Shown one piece after another: positions 19,093 to 27,840 of a stretch of DNA of 45,422 nt. Origin of the DNA: Bradyrhizobium sp. (lineage in GTDB: Bacteria; Pseudomonadota; Alphaproteobacteria; Rhizobiales; Xanthobacteraceae); contig DASXJV010000034.1 in the NCBI GenBank assembly GCA_036497205.1, positions 1 to 45,422 on the forward strand, read 5' to 3'. The translations under genes were made by a program, and so were the position numbers. The notes under the pieces were generated by a model. The model did no database searches. It saw only the letters and a program-made list of their open reading frames with translations, and had not been told where the DNA came from. Position 1 is the stretch's first letter; each line of letters opens with the position of its first letter.

Positions 19093-20064
19093 TCACATCC
19101 AGCCTTTTTCCTTGTAGAACTTGATTGCGCCAGGATGCAGCGGCGCCGACAGCCCGTTCTTGATCATGTCCTTCGGTTCGAGATGAGCGAAGGCGGGATG
19201 CAGCTTTTTGAATTCGTCGAAGTTGTCGAACACCGCCTTGACCAGGGCGTATACCGTGGTGTCGGCGACTTTCGCCGAGGTTATGACGGTCGCCAGTACG
19301 CCATAGGTCTCCGTCGGATTCGGATTGTTGGCGTACATGCCGCCCGGGATGGTCGCCTTTGCGTAGTACGGATGCTCTTTCACCAGCGCATCGACCGCCG
19401 GCCCGGTGAGCGAGATCAGTTTGGCACCGCACGCGATGGTCGGGTCCTGGATCGCCGCCGAGGGATGACCGACGCCATAGAAGAACCCATCGATCTTATT
19501 GTCGCACAGCGCCGTGCCCTGCTCGTCCGCCTTGAGTTCGGCTGCGAGCGAGAAGTCATTCTTGGTCCAGCCCATCTGCTTGAGCAGCTCTTCCATCGAC
19601 GCCAGCGTGCCCGAGCCGGGATTGCCGAGATTGAAGCGCTTGCCCTTGAAATCCTCGAACTTGGTAACGCCGGCGTCCTTGCGCGCCAATACCGTGAACG
19701 GCTCCGGGTGCACCGAGAAGACCGCGCGCAGATCGGGATTGCCGTTGCCCTTGAACTGGCCTTCACCCTTGGCGGCGCCAAATTGAATATCGGATTGGGC
19801 AAGCCCAAAATCGAGTTCGCCGCTCTTGATCGCGTTGGCGTTGAACACCGAGCCGCCAGTCGACTCGACCGAGCAGCGGAGCCCGCTTTCCGCCCGGTTC
19901 TTGTTCATCAGCCGGCAGACCGCGCCGCCGACCGCGTAGTACACGCCGGTAACGCCGCCGGTGCCGATGGTGACGAATTTCTGCTGCGCCGCAGCCGGCA
20001 TGGATAACGACGTCAGTGCGATCAGCGCCGACGCTACCAGGCTCGCATTGGTTCGAAACTTCAT
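19093..20064 (-). CDS. TAXI-family TRAP solute-binding protein
   Basis: Signal peptide; [27 protein letters not shown] and [12 protein letters not shown] motifs; GGAGGA RBS. Confidence 0.92.
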   Translation of the reverse strand: MKFRTNASLVASALIALTSLSMPAAAQQKFVTIGTGGVTGVYYAVGGAVCRLMNKNRAESGLRCSVESTGGSVFNANAIKSGELDFGLAQSDIQFGAAKGEGQFKGNGNPDLRAVFSVHPEPFTVLARKDAGVTKFEDFKGKRFNLGNPGSGTLASMEELLKQMGWTKNDFSLAAELKADEQGTALCDNKIDGFFYGVGHPSAAIQDPTIACGAKLISLTGPAVDALVKEHPYYAKATIPGGMYANNPNPTETYGVLATVITSAKVADTTVYALVKAVFDNFDEFKKLHPAFAHLEPKDMIKNGLSAPLHPGAIKFYKEKGWM

Positions 20065-20105
20065 AGGCATTTCCTCCACTCCTTCACGTGATTATCTGCC
20101 GCACC

Positions 20106-21434
20106 TCATGACGCATCGATCGCGGCATCGATGGCGTTTCCCAGCCGCTCGACGATTGCGTCGATCGCGCCGCTGTCGATGATGAATGGCGGGGCCAGCA
20201 GCACGTGGTCGCCACGCGCGCCATCAACGGTCCCCCCCATCGGATAAACCATCAGTCCGCGGGCCATGGCTTCACGTTTGATCTGCGCATGCAATTTACG
20301 CTGCGGATCGAATGGTTCCTTGGTCCCGCGGTCGGCTACAATTTCGAGCCCCTGAAACAGCCCGCGGCCGCGTACGCTGCCGACAAATGGATGATTGCCG
20401 AACCGCTCCTGCAGACGCCGCGCGAGATGCTCGCCCTGCTGGCGGACATTGGCGAGCAAGTTGTCGCGCCGAATGACCCGTTGCACCGCAAGGGCGGCGG
20501 CGCAGGCGAGAGGATGACCGGTATAAGTGTGGCTATGCTGGAAAGCGCCGGAACCGTCGGCAATGGTCTTGAAAATCCTGTCTTGCAGCAATATCGCGCC
20601 GATCGGCCCATAGCCGCCGCCCAATCCTTTTGCGATCGCCAGAATATCGGGGCTGACGCCTTCCTGCTCGCAGGCATGCAAGGTGCCGGTTCGGCCCATG
20701 CCGCACATCACTTCGTCGAGGATGAGCAAAATTCCATGGTGGTCGCAGATCTCGCGCACGCGCTTGAAATAGCCTGGTACCGCCGGCACGGCACCCATCG
20801 TGGCGCCAACCACGGTTTCGGCGACAAAAGCGATGACGTTCGCGCCGCCCAGCTCTCCGATCCTGGCGTTTAGTTCCTCGGCGAGCCGTTCGCCGTAGGC
20901 CTCGGACGTCTCGTCCGCACGGCGTTCGCGATATTCGTAGACCGGCGACACATGATGAGTTTCGATCAGCAGCGGCGAAAATGGCCGGCGCTGCCATTCG
21001 CGGCCGCCGACCGCGAGCGCGCCCAGCGTTACCCCGTGGTAGCTCTGACGCCGCGCAATGAGATAGCGCCGCTGCGGCTCGCCGCGCTCGACGAAATATT
21101 GCCGCGCGAGCTTCAGCGCCGCTTCGATTGCCTCCGATCCGCCGCTGACGAAGAACACATGGCCGAGACCTTCGGGCGCATGGGCGACAAGGTCGTCGGC
21201 AAGCTCTTCGGCCGCTTGCGAGGTGAAGAAGCTGGTATGCGCATATTCAAACTTGTCGAGTTGCGCGCGCATGGCCGCGATAATGTCGGGATGCGAGTGG
21301 CCGAGACATGAAACCGCGGCGCCCCCGGAAGCGTCGATATAGTCTTTGCCTGCCGCATCGCGGATGTAGATACTCTTCGCGCTCTCCGCGATAGGATAAT
21401 TATGGTTGATCTGCCTGTGCAGGACGTGGGTCAC
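20106..21434 (-). CDS. Class III PLP-dependent aminotransferase
   Basis: YIDASGGAAVSCLGH, SGGSEAIEAALK, SYHG, LILDEVMCGMGRTG, PLP lysine in AIAKGLGGGY, HSHTY; GTG start overlaps the RpiR stop. Confidence 0.92.
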   Translation of the reverse strand: MTHVLHRQINHNYPIAESAKSIYIRDAAGKDYIDASGGAAVSCLGHSHPDIIAAMRAQLDKFEYAHTSFFTSQAAEELADDLVAHAPEGLGHVFFVSGGSEAIEAALKLARQYFVERGEPQRRYLIARRQSYHGVTLGALAVGGREWQRRPFSPLLIETHHVSPVYEYRERRADETSEAYGERLAEELNARIGELGGANVIAFVAETVVGATMGAVPAVPGYFKRVREICDHHGILLILDEVMCGMGRTGTLHACEQEGVSPDILAIAKGLGGGYGPIGAILLQDRIFKTIADGSGAFQHSHTYTGHPLACAAALAVQRVIRRDNLLANVRQQGEHLARRLQERFGNHPFVGSVRGRGLFQGLEIVADRGTKEPFDPQRKLHAQIKREAMARGLMVYPMGGTVDGARGDHVLLAPPFIIDSGAIDAIVERLGNAIDAAIDAS

Positions 21435-22324
21435 GATCGTTTGCCCCGTTTCTTTGTGGTCAGGACGTATGTGTCGAATGCCTCGAGCTGTTCTTCGCTT
21501 GCTGCGAGTGACTGGATGGTCTGGCTTCCCCTGCGCGCGGCCACCAAAGCCGTAAGGCACTCGATCGCGGCGAAGGCCGGAGCCATCGTGTGAAAGAACG
21601 ACGGCGTTTCGGTGCCAACGATAAGCGTCTCTTTGGCTAACGTTGCGAGAGGCGAGACCTCGCTGTCAGTAACGGCAATGACCCGCGCGCCGCGCTTGTC
21701 GGCGTAGCGCGCGGCCTGCAAGGTTTGCCGCGTATAGGGTTTGACTGAGATTGCCAGCAGCACGTCGGCTGGGCCGATTGTCCGCAAGGTATCCGTTGCA
21801 ATACCGCCGGGTCCATCAACCAATACCGAAGCTGCGCCGAACAGCGAGCGCGCATAGTGAAAACTGTAAGCGACCGAAAACGTCGAGCGCAGCCCGAGAC
21901 AAAACACGCGTTTGGATCTGGCGACGATTTCTGCCGCAGCCCTGAGCCGATTGATCGCCGATGGCGTCGAGAGTTCCTGCAGGTGACTGGTCAGCGAGGA
22001 GAAAATGTCCTGGATCAGCGCCTCATCGCCCTCACTGTCTCGGCGCTGCAAAAGCTCCTCGGCGCGCCCACGATAGCTCTCGGGCCGCTGACGGACCGCC
22101 TCCGCATGAAGCCTGCGGATTTCGTCATAGCCCTTCAACCTGAACCGCTGAGCCAGCCGCGTTAGCGTTGCAGGCGGGATACCGGCCCGCCGTGCCTGCT
22201 CACGCATGGTGAGCAGCGCAACATCGGCCGGATGATCTATCACCCATCGCGCCGCTTCCTTCAGTTGCGGCGGCAGCTCATCGAACCCCGCCGTTAACTG
22301 AGCGAGCAGCTGGTTGATCGCCAA
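21431..22324 (-). CDS. MurR/RpiR-family transcriptional regulator (HTH + SIS)
   Basis: TMREQARRAGIPPATLTRLAQRF HTH; SIS motifs GLRS, AISVKPY and VIAVTDSEVSPL; GAGGG RBS and TTG start. Confidence 0.9.
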   Translation of the reverse strand: MAINQLLAQLTAGFDELPPQLKEAARWVIDHPADVALLTMREQARRAGIPPATLTRLAQRFRLKGYDEIRRLHAEAVRQRPESYRGRAEELLQRRDSEGDEALIQDIFSSLTSHLQELSTPSAINRLRAAAEIVARSKRVFCLGLRSTFSVAYSFHYARSLFGAASVLVDGPGGIATDTLRTIGPADVLLAISVKPYTRQTLQAARYADKRGARVIAVTDSEVSPLATLAKETLIVGTETPSFFHTMAPAFAAIECLTALVAARRGSQTIQSLAASEEQLEAFDTYVLTTKKRGKRS

Positions 22325-22364
22325 GATTTCACCCTCGGATCGTCGCGAGAACGAGCAAGCTAGA

Positions 22365-22402
22365 TCAAGAACCTTGAGGATGCAACATATGTTTCAGTTG
22401 TA
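22365..22402. promoter_or_regulatory. Candidate operator for the RpiR regulator
   Basis: TGCAACATATGTTTCA (22381-22396; 14 of 16 positions palindromic) plus TCAAG-AAC-CTTGA (22365-22377) upstream of the RpiR start. Confidence 0.4.
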
Positions 22403-22500
22403 TGGAAGTCGGTTCATCCGTTCCAAGAGCTGCTCCCGTCAACCTCTCCGGGAGTGAGACGGAGGTTTGGTGGGGCGTCTTCGTGTTTATGGGTCCGCGC

Positions 22501-23463
22501 CTACTTGGCCGCGGCAGCGGTGCCGTGCACGAGCTTGCCGATCATCGCCTCGATCTCGGAGCTCACGAGCTCAGGCGCGGCGTTCTGCACCATGTGACCG
22601 ACATCCGGCAACACGATCAGTTTCGCATTCGGCACCGCTTTCGCGAACGGTCGTGAGTGGCGGTTCGTCGACACGGTCTTGTCGATTTCGCCCGTGATCA
22701 CCACCGTCGGCACGCTGATACGTGGATAGCGCGGCGCCTGCTCCGCTACGGCCGCCTTCAGCGTTACGAGATCGCGGGCATTGGCGAGGAACTCACGCGG
22801 ACGCAGCAATAATGGCGTCGCGGTGTTGCTGACAAAATCATCCGGCATGATCTGCGGCAAGAACACTCCGCGCGCGCCGGGCTCGGCCAGAAAGAAGCCA
22901 AGCGGAAGCGTGACCGTATAGGCTAGCAGCGAGCCAACCACGGGGGTGGTGACGACCTTGTTGTACCATCCGACGCCGCCGGGCCACGGATATGCCACCG
23001 GCGCCAACATCACCAGACCCGCGACGCGTTGCGGAAAATCGAGCGCCATTAGCGCGCCGAGCGCGCCGCTCCAGGAATGCACAACAAAGATTGATTGGCC
23101 GACGCCCAGCTTTTCGAGCGCCTCATCGATCATTTTGCCCTGGATCGCCGGCGTCGAATCCTCCGCACGCGCGCGCGTGCTCCAGCCATGCCCGGGACGG
23201 TCGATCAGGATCACCCGATGATTTTTCGCGAGCATGTCGCCAAGCGGTCGCCGCATCACCTCCAGATTTGAGCTCGCGCCATGGATCATCACAATTGGCG
23301 GACCGATGGCATCGCGCGGCCCGATATCGACGACGTTGACTTTGGCGCCGGCGACCTCGATCGTCTTGCCTTGCGCGGGATAGGCGCGCTGCAGGGCAAG
23401 GACACCGGCTTGCGTGATCAGCGCCAGGATCGCGAGCGCCGCCACGACAACTACTGATACCAT
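22501..23463 (-). CDS. Membrane-anchored alpha/beta hydrolase
   Basis: N-terminal hydrophobic anchor; IHGAS, DRPGHGWS, nucleophile elbow HSWSG, catalytic D (GEIDK) and H (VGHM). Confidence 0.85.
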   Translation of the reverse strand: MVSVVVVAALAILALITQAGVLALQRAYPAQGKTIEVAGAKVNVVDIGPRDAIGPPIVMIHGASSNLEVMRRPLGDMLAKNHRVILIDRPGHGWSTRARAEDSTPAIQGKMIDEALEKLGVGQSIFVVHSWSGALGALMALDFPQRVAGLVMLAPVAYPWPGGVGWYNKVVTTPVVGSLLAYTVTLPLGFFLAEPGARGVFLPQIMPDDFVSNTATPLLLRPREFLANARDLVTLKAAVAEQAPRYPRISVPTVVITGEIDKTVSTNRHSRPFAKAVPNAKLIVLPDVGHMVQNAAPELVSSEIEAMIGKLVHGTAAAAK

Positions 23464-23730
23464 TGGATTGTCCGGATGAGTTTGGGCACCAACGGGTTAC
23501 GGTTTTATGGCGGTCCCGCTTTCGAGGCCAATGACCGGTTTTCCCGCCGTGCGGCACCCCCGCTTCATACAATCGTCATCGGCAGCTTTATATAACTGTC
23601 ATCAGGACTTTTGCGATGTGGCGAGCGCGCGCTCATCGAGACTGTCGTCACTTGGACCTATCCACACAATCCACAGGAACAGGGATCAAGCGCCAAAGGT
23701 TTATCCCACAGCTCAATTGGAGGATTTTCG

Positions 23731-23910
23731 ATGATTTCCAGATCAGAAGCCGCCATCGACCAAATCGTGGCCACTTGCAACGGCGACATCCACAGTGCGC
23801 TGAAAGCGCTCCTGCTGGTCAACGAGCACCTGGAGGCCGAACTTCAGCAGCTCTACGCGGCGGTGGCAGTTGGCCGGCCCTTCGAGCGCGGCAGCAACGC
23901 TCTGCACTAA
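23731..23910 (+). CDS. Small hypothetical protein (59 aa)
   Basis: GGAGG RBS before ATG 23731; AIDQIVATCNGDIHSALKALLLVNEHLEAEL helical sequence with good codon bias. Confidence 0.7.
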   Translation: MISRSEAAIDQIVATCNGDIHSALKALLLVNEHLEAELQQLYAAVAVGRPFERGSNALH

Positions 23911-23932
23911 TGGATGCTCTGCACTAATGGAT
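23899..23932. repeat. Perfect 17-bp tandem duplication
   Basis: GCTCTGCACTAATGGAT twice, including the TAA stop of the small ORF. Confidence 0.95.
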
Positions 23933-23981
23933 TATATGTCATCGGACTTCATTCGCGCGATCAAAGTGATCAACAGATAGA

Positions 23982-24632
23982 TCAGATGTCGCGGCCTTCG
24001 ACCTTTTCGCTCAGGGTCTTGACCAGTTCCGGCACCTTCTCGAGGTGCGGGTTGACGGCGAGTGCCTTGCGGAACGCGTCGAGCGCACGCTTCTCGTCGC
24101 CGAGATCCTGCATAATCATGCCAAGCCCGGCCAGCGCGCCGAAATGGCGCGGTTCGCGGACCAGTACCTGCTCGATATCCTGAAGCGAATGGGTGTAATC
24201 GTTCTTCAAATAATACAGCGTTGCGCGCCTGTTCCATCCCTCGACATAGTCCGGACGCAACTTGACCACGGCATCGAGCAGCTTCAGCGCGATATCCACC
24301 TGTTGCGCGTCCATCGCGGCCTTGGCGCGCATCATCAGGAGTGCCGCGGTATCGCTCGGGGTCTGCATCCACGCCGCCCAGATCCGGGCTTCAACATGCT
24401 TGGCGCTGGCCTCATCCGGCGCCGCCTTCAGCGCGCCGAACAGAAAGTCCAGTCCGCGCGTGCGGTCGGCGCCGACCTTCGGCAGCTTGCTCGGCGCTTC
24501 CGGCAGTTTTTTCTGCTGCTTCGGCGCGATCCTTGGATCCTGCGCAAATGCCGGGATCGGCGCTGCCGCGCTCATTGCGGTGAGCAGGAGTGCAGTCAGG
24601 CAGTTGCGCGCGAGAGGGAATCTCAAGGCCAT
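23982..24632 (-). CDS. Exported tetratricopeptide-repeat protein
   Basis: Signal peptide; TPR motifs PDYVEGWNRRATLYY and EPRHFGALAGLG. Confidence 0.85.
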   Translation of the reverse strand: MALRFPLARNCLTALLLTAMSAAAPIPAFAQDPRIAPKQQKKLPEAPSKLPKVGADRTRGLDFLFGALKAAPDEASAKHVEARIWAAWMQTPSDTAALLMMRAKAAMDAQQVDIALKLLDAVVKLRPDYVEGWNRRATLYYLKNDYTHSLQDIEQVLVREPRHFGALAGLGMIMQDLGDEKRALDAFRKALAVNPHLEKVPELVKTLSEKVEGRDI

Positions 24633-24722
24633 CGCCAAAGTCTAGACGCAGGAAAACCCACTGCAAAGCAGCAAAGGCGTCAAAGACCCGTGAAGGCGGA
24701 AATTTTCGTAGGGCGCCAGATT

Positions 24723-24742
24723 CAAGCCTGAATTCAGGCTTG
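24723..24742. repeat. Perfect 20-bp palindrome directly after the L36 stop
   Basis: CAAGCCTGAATTCAGGCTTG. Confidence 0.85.
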
Positions 24743-24744
24743 CT

Positions 24745-24870
24745 TCAACCTTGGCGCGCCTTGAAGCGGCGCTGAACCTTGTTGATCACGTAAACCCGGC
24801 CCTTGCGGCGGACCAGACGATTGTTGCGGTGGCGACCACGCAGCGATTTCAGCGAGTTACGGACCTTCAT
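24745..24870 (-). CDS. rpmJ: 50S ribosomal protein L36, Zn-free type B (YkgO type)
   Basis: Translated by hand: [41 protein letters not shown] (41 aa, no Cys); shorter than any ORF in the track. Confidence 0.97.
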   Translation of the reverse strand: MKVRNSLKSLRGRHRNNRLVRRKGRVYVINKVQRRFKARQG

Positions 24871-24967
24871 GGGACAATCCTGATGCTTTGAAAGGCCGTG
24901 TTTGACAGGCCGAAAGTGGCAAAACGAGCTTTTTCCCGCCAGCGGCCATACCGCCCAGGACGTCGGG

Positions 24968-24997
24968 TTTCTAAGCCATTGAACGGTCTGTTGTCAA
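24968..24997 (-). promoter_or_regulatory. Candidate sigma70 promoter for rpmJ
   Basis: Minus strand TTGACA-N18-TAGAAA about 100 nt upstream of rpmJ. Confidence 0.4.
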
Positions 24998-25176
24998 TCC
25001 AAACGGGAGATCACGCGGCGTCCGGCTAACAGCCACAATGGAACCGATTTTGCGGCTAATAGACAAAATAAACAAATTCAGTCAAAGGTTTGCACCCGAC
25101 GGGATTCGTCCGCATCTCAGGCATCAGGCTGTTTAACCGAGCTGCGTCGCGCGCAGAGATGGGGATCCCGACATCT

Positions 25177-26208
25177 ATGACGACGGTTCGCCGGCCAACG
25201 ACAAAGACCGCGGTATTGGCCGCTGCGGATTGCACCCCTCCTGTTGCCACGAATGAACGGCTGATGCTGCCGTCAGGCGTGAGGCCATTTCAGCTCAAAT
25301 GGCCCTACATAATCGTGATCGGCGCCTTTCATGCCGCAGCCCTGCTGGCCTTTATGCCGGGCTATTTCAGCTGGAGCGGATTTATCGTCGCAATGCTGGG
25401 CACGCATCTGTGCGGGCTATTTGGCATCAACCTTTGCTACCATCGGCTTCTGACCCATCGCGGCCTGAAATGTCCGAAATGGCTGGAGCACGCGATGGTG
25501 GTCATCGCGATGTCCTGCCTACAGGAGACGCCCGCACGCTGGGTCGCCATACACCGTCGGCATCATCAATTCGCCGACGAGCAGCCGGACCCGCACAGCC
25601 CGCTTGCAAGCTTCTTCTGGAGCCACATCGGATGGATTCTGGTCAACCAGCCGGAACTCTCGCGCCTCGGAATCTACGAGCGCTACGCCAAGGACATCCT
25701 GCGGGACCGGTTTTACGTCGCGCTCGAGCGCCATAACTGGCTGGTCTGGATCAATCTCGGCCAGATGCCGCTGTTCTTCGGTGCCGGGTTCGCCGTCGCA
25801 TGGGTATTTGGCGAAACGCCGGCGGATGCGGCGGAAACCGGATTGAGCATCATGATGTTCGGCGTCTTCGTGCGCACGGTCCTGGTATGGCATATTACCT
25901 GGGCTGTTAATTCGGTGACGCATCTGTGGGGTTACCGGAATTACGAGACCGACGAGGACAGCCGTAACAACATCGTCGTCGGCCTCATCTCCAATGGCGA
26001 AGGCTGGCACAACAACCATCATGCCGATCCGCGATCGGCGCGCCATGGTCATCGCTGGTGGGAAATCGACAATACCTATCTCACCATCCGCTTTCTGGAG
26101 TGGATTGGACTGGCCACCGATGTCGCGCCGCCAAATGCTCATCTCGCAGCACGGCCCGCGGGAAGCAGGCTGACGACACGCGGAACGACGGGCGTGCCTG
26201 CCGAGTAA
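25177..26208 (+). CDS. Delta-9-type membrane fatty acid (acyl-CoA) desaturase
   Basis: His boxes HRLLTH, HRRHH and HNNHH; DPHSP, VNSVTHLWG and GEGWHNNHH motifs. Start uncertain (25159 or 25177). Confidence 0.9.
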   Translation: MTTVRRPTTKTAVLAAADCTPPVATNERLMLPSGVRPFQLKWPYIIVIGAFHAAALLAFMPGYFSWSGFIVAMLGTHLCGLFGINLCYHRLLTHRGLKCPKWLEHAMVVIAMSCLQETPARWVAIHRRHHQFADEQPDPHSPLASFFWSHIGWILVNQPELSRLGIYERYAKDILRDRFYVALERHNWLVWINLGQMPLFFGAGFAVAWVFGETPADAAETGLSIMMFGVFVRTVLVWHITWAVNSVTHLWGYRNYETDEDSRNNIVVGLISNGEGWHNNHHADPRSARHGHRWWEIDNTYLTIRFLEWIGLATDVAPPNAHLAARPAGSRLTTRGTTGVPAE

Positions 26209-26220
26209 AGGTTGCGCCGC

Positions 26221-26649
26221 GGCGTCGCCCGGAAACCCGACCATAGTTTCGCCGGTGGCGACGTTCTCGTCGTTCTGGTAGGCACCATGACGTTGATCAG
26301 AACCCAGCGTGAGTTCCTGTTTCGATTTGACGATGCCGGTCGGCTGAATGGTGTCGCCAGGCCCGAGCGGCTTGATCTATCGGGTTTCGAGCCGATGGTG
26401 AATAGCGCCGGCAGGATAGGCCCAGTCGGTAATCATCCGGGAGATCAGCCCAAAATTGTTCATGCCGTGCATGATGATGCCGCCGAAATTGGTCTTGCCG
26501 AAATTGCCCTTCATATAGTCGTCGTCGAGATGCAGTGGGTTGTAGTCGAGCAAGGCGTCGCAGAACAGACGGATGGATTCGCGCGATACGGCGAATTTCG
26601 GCCTATCGACGATGTCGCCGGCGCTGAGGCTTTCGAACGTCGCTATCAT
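26221..26649 (-). pseudogene. MaoC-family dehydratase pseudogene
   Basis: DYNPLHLDDDY..GGIIMHG motif; TAG at 26377-26379 inside RLETR*IKPLGPGDTIQP; then SRWVLINVMV in a shifted frame and QNDENVATGETMVGFP back in frame. Confidence 0.85.
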
Positions 26650-26668
26650 GATTTCATTCCCTCGCGCA

Positions 26669-26722
26669 TCACTGTGGCCGGACGGTCCAGAAGTCGGTCT
26701 CGAAGGCGTGCGCCTGCGCCAG
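26669..26722 (-). pseudogene. Possible collapsed remnant of an upstream MaoC-partner gene
   Basis: 17 codons LAQAHAFETDFWTVRPQ* ending just before the MaoC RBS; resembles the fused N- and C-termini of a recalled partner hotdog-fold protein. Confidence 0.4.
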
Positions 26723-26815
26723 GTCATAATCCCTGTTTCCGTGTCTTGCCAAATTTGTTATATTGTATAATCAATTTGCCAAGCTGTACTATCAGGCGGC
26801 CGCCGGGAAACCAAG

Positions 26816-27700
26816 ATGTCCAAATTGAAGCTGCCCAATATTGAAGACGTCGTTGCGATCGACATCCACACCCATGCGGAAGAACCCTGCGGCATGCATG
26901 CCGACGACGGCTACGACGATTTCCAGGCGCAAATGGCCGAGTATTTCAAGTCGCCCAACAAGCATCCGCCGACGGTTCCGGAAACCGCCGCTTATTATCG
27001 CGCGAAGAAAATCGCCGCGGTGATCTTCCCCGTTGATGCCGAGCGTGAGACCGGATTCCGCCGCTACAACAATTACGAAATGCTGGAAGTCGCCGCTGAC
27101 AATTTGGACGTGCTGATACCCTTCGTCAGCATCGATCCGCACAAGGGCAAGCTCGGCGTTCGCGAGGCACGCAAGCTGATCGAGGAATTCGGCGTCAAAG
27201 GCTTCAAATTCCATCCGACCATGCAGGGATTTTATCCGAATGACCGCATGGCCTACCCACTTTACGAAGCCATCAACGATGGCGGCGCCATCGCGCTGTT
27301 TCACACCGGGCAGACCGGCGTCGGCTCCGGCATGCCTGGCGGCATGGGGATGCGGCTGAAATATTCCAATCCGATGTACATGGATGACGTCGCGGCGGAT
27401 TTCCCCGACCTGAAGATCATCCTCGCGCATCCGTCGTTCCCGTGGCAGGAAGAAGCACTGTCGGTCGCGACCCACAAGCCGAATGTCTACATCGACCTTT
27501 CCGGCTGGTCGCCGAAATATTTTCCGCCGATCCTGGTGCGCTACATCAACTCGATCCTGCAGGACAAGATGCTGTTCGGCTCGGATTGGCCGGTGATCAC
27601 GCCCGACCGCTGGTTGACGGATTTCGCCAAGCTCGAGATCCGCGACGAGATCAGGCCGAAAGTGTTGAAGGCCAACGCGCGCAAGCTTCTGAATATCTGA
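26816..27700 (+). CDS. Amidohydrolase_2 family protein (CouO-like aryl-beta-ketoacyl-CoA hydrolase)
   Basis: DIHTH, GFKFHP, FHTG, AHPSFPW, YIDLSGWSPKY and LFGSDWP motifs. Confidence 0.85.
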   Translation: MSKLKLPNIEDVVAIDIHTHAEEPCGMHADDGYDDFQAQMAEYFKSPNKHPPTVPETAAYYRAKKIAAVIFPVDAERETGFRRYNNYEMLEVAADNLDVLIPFVSIDPHKGKLGVREARKLIEEFGVKGFKFHPTMQGFYPNDRMAYPLYEAINDGGAIALFHTGQTGVGSGMPGGMGMRLKYSNPMYMDDVAADFPDLKIILAHPSFPWQEEALSVATHKPNVYIDLSGWSPKYFPPILVRYINSILQDKMLFGSDWPVITPDRWLTDFAKLEIRDEIRPKVLKANARKLLNI

Positions 27701-27840
27701 TTTGATTGTGAGCGCGTTGTCATGGCGTCCGTATCGAACTCGCGCTATGGACGGCAGCTCTTCGCAAAACCATACTGTGTTCCCAAGCCTCCGAAAGGTC
27801 AGATGCATCCGATTTCCGACATGCCCACCATGAGTTCCCT

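Noticed and set aside
26377-26379. Pyrrolysine or programmed read-through at the MaoC TAG
   Set aside because: Additional frameshifts downstream indicate decay; no pyl genes in view.
26212-26844. 210-aa plus-strand ORF
   Set aside because: Antisense to the MaoC pseudogene and runs through the AT-rich promoter region.
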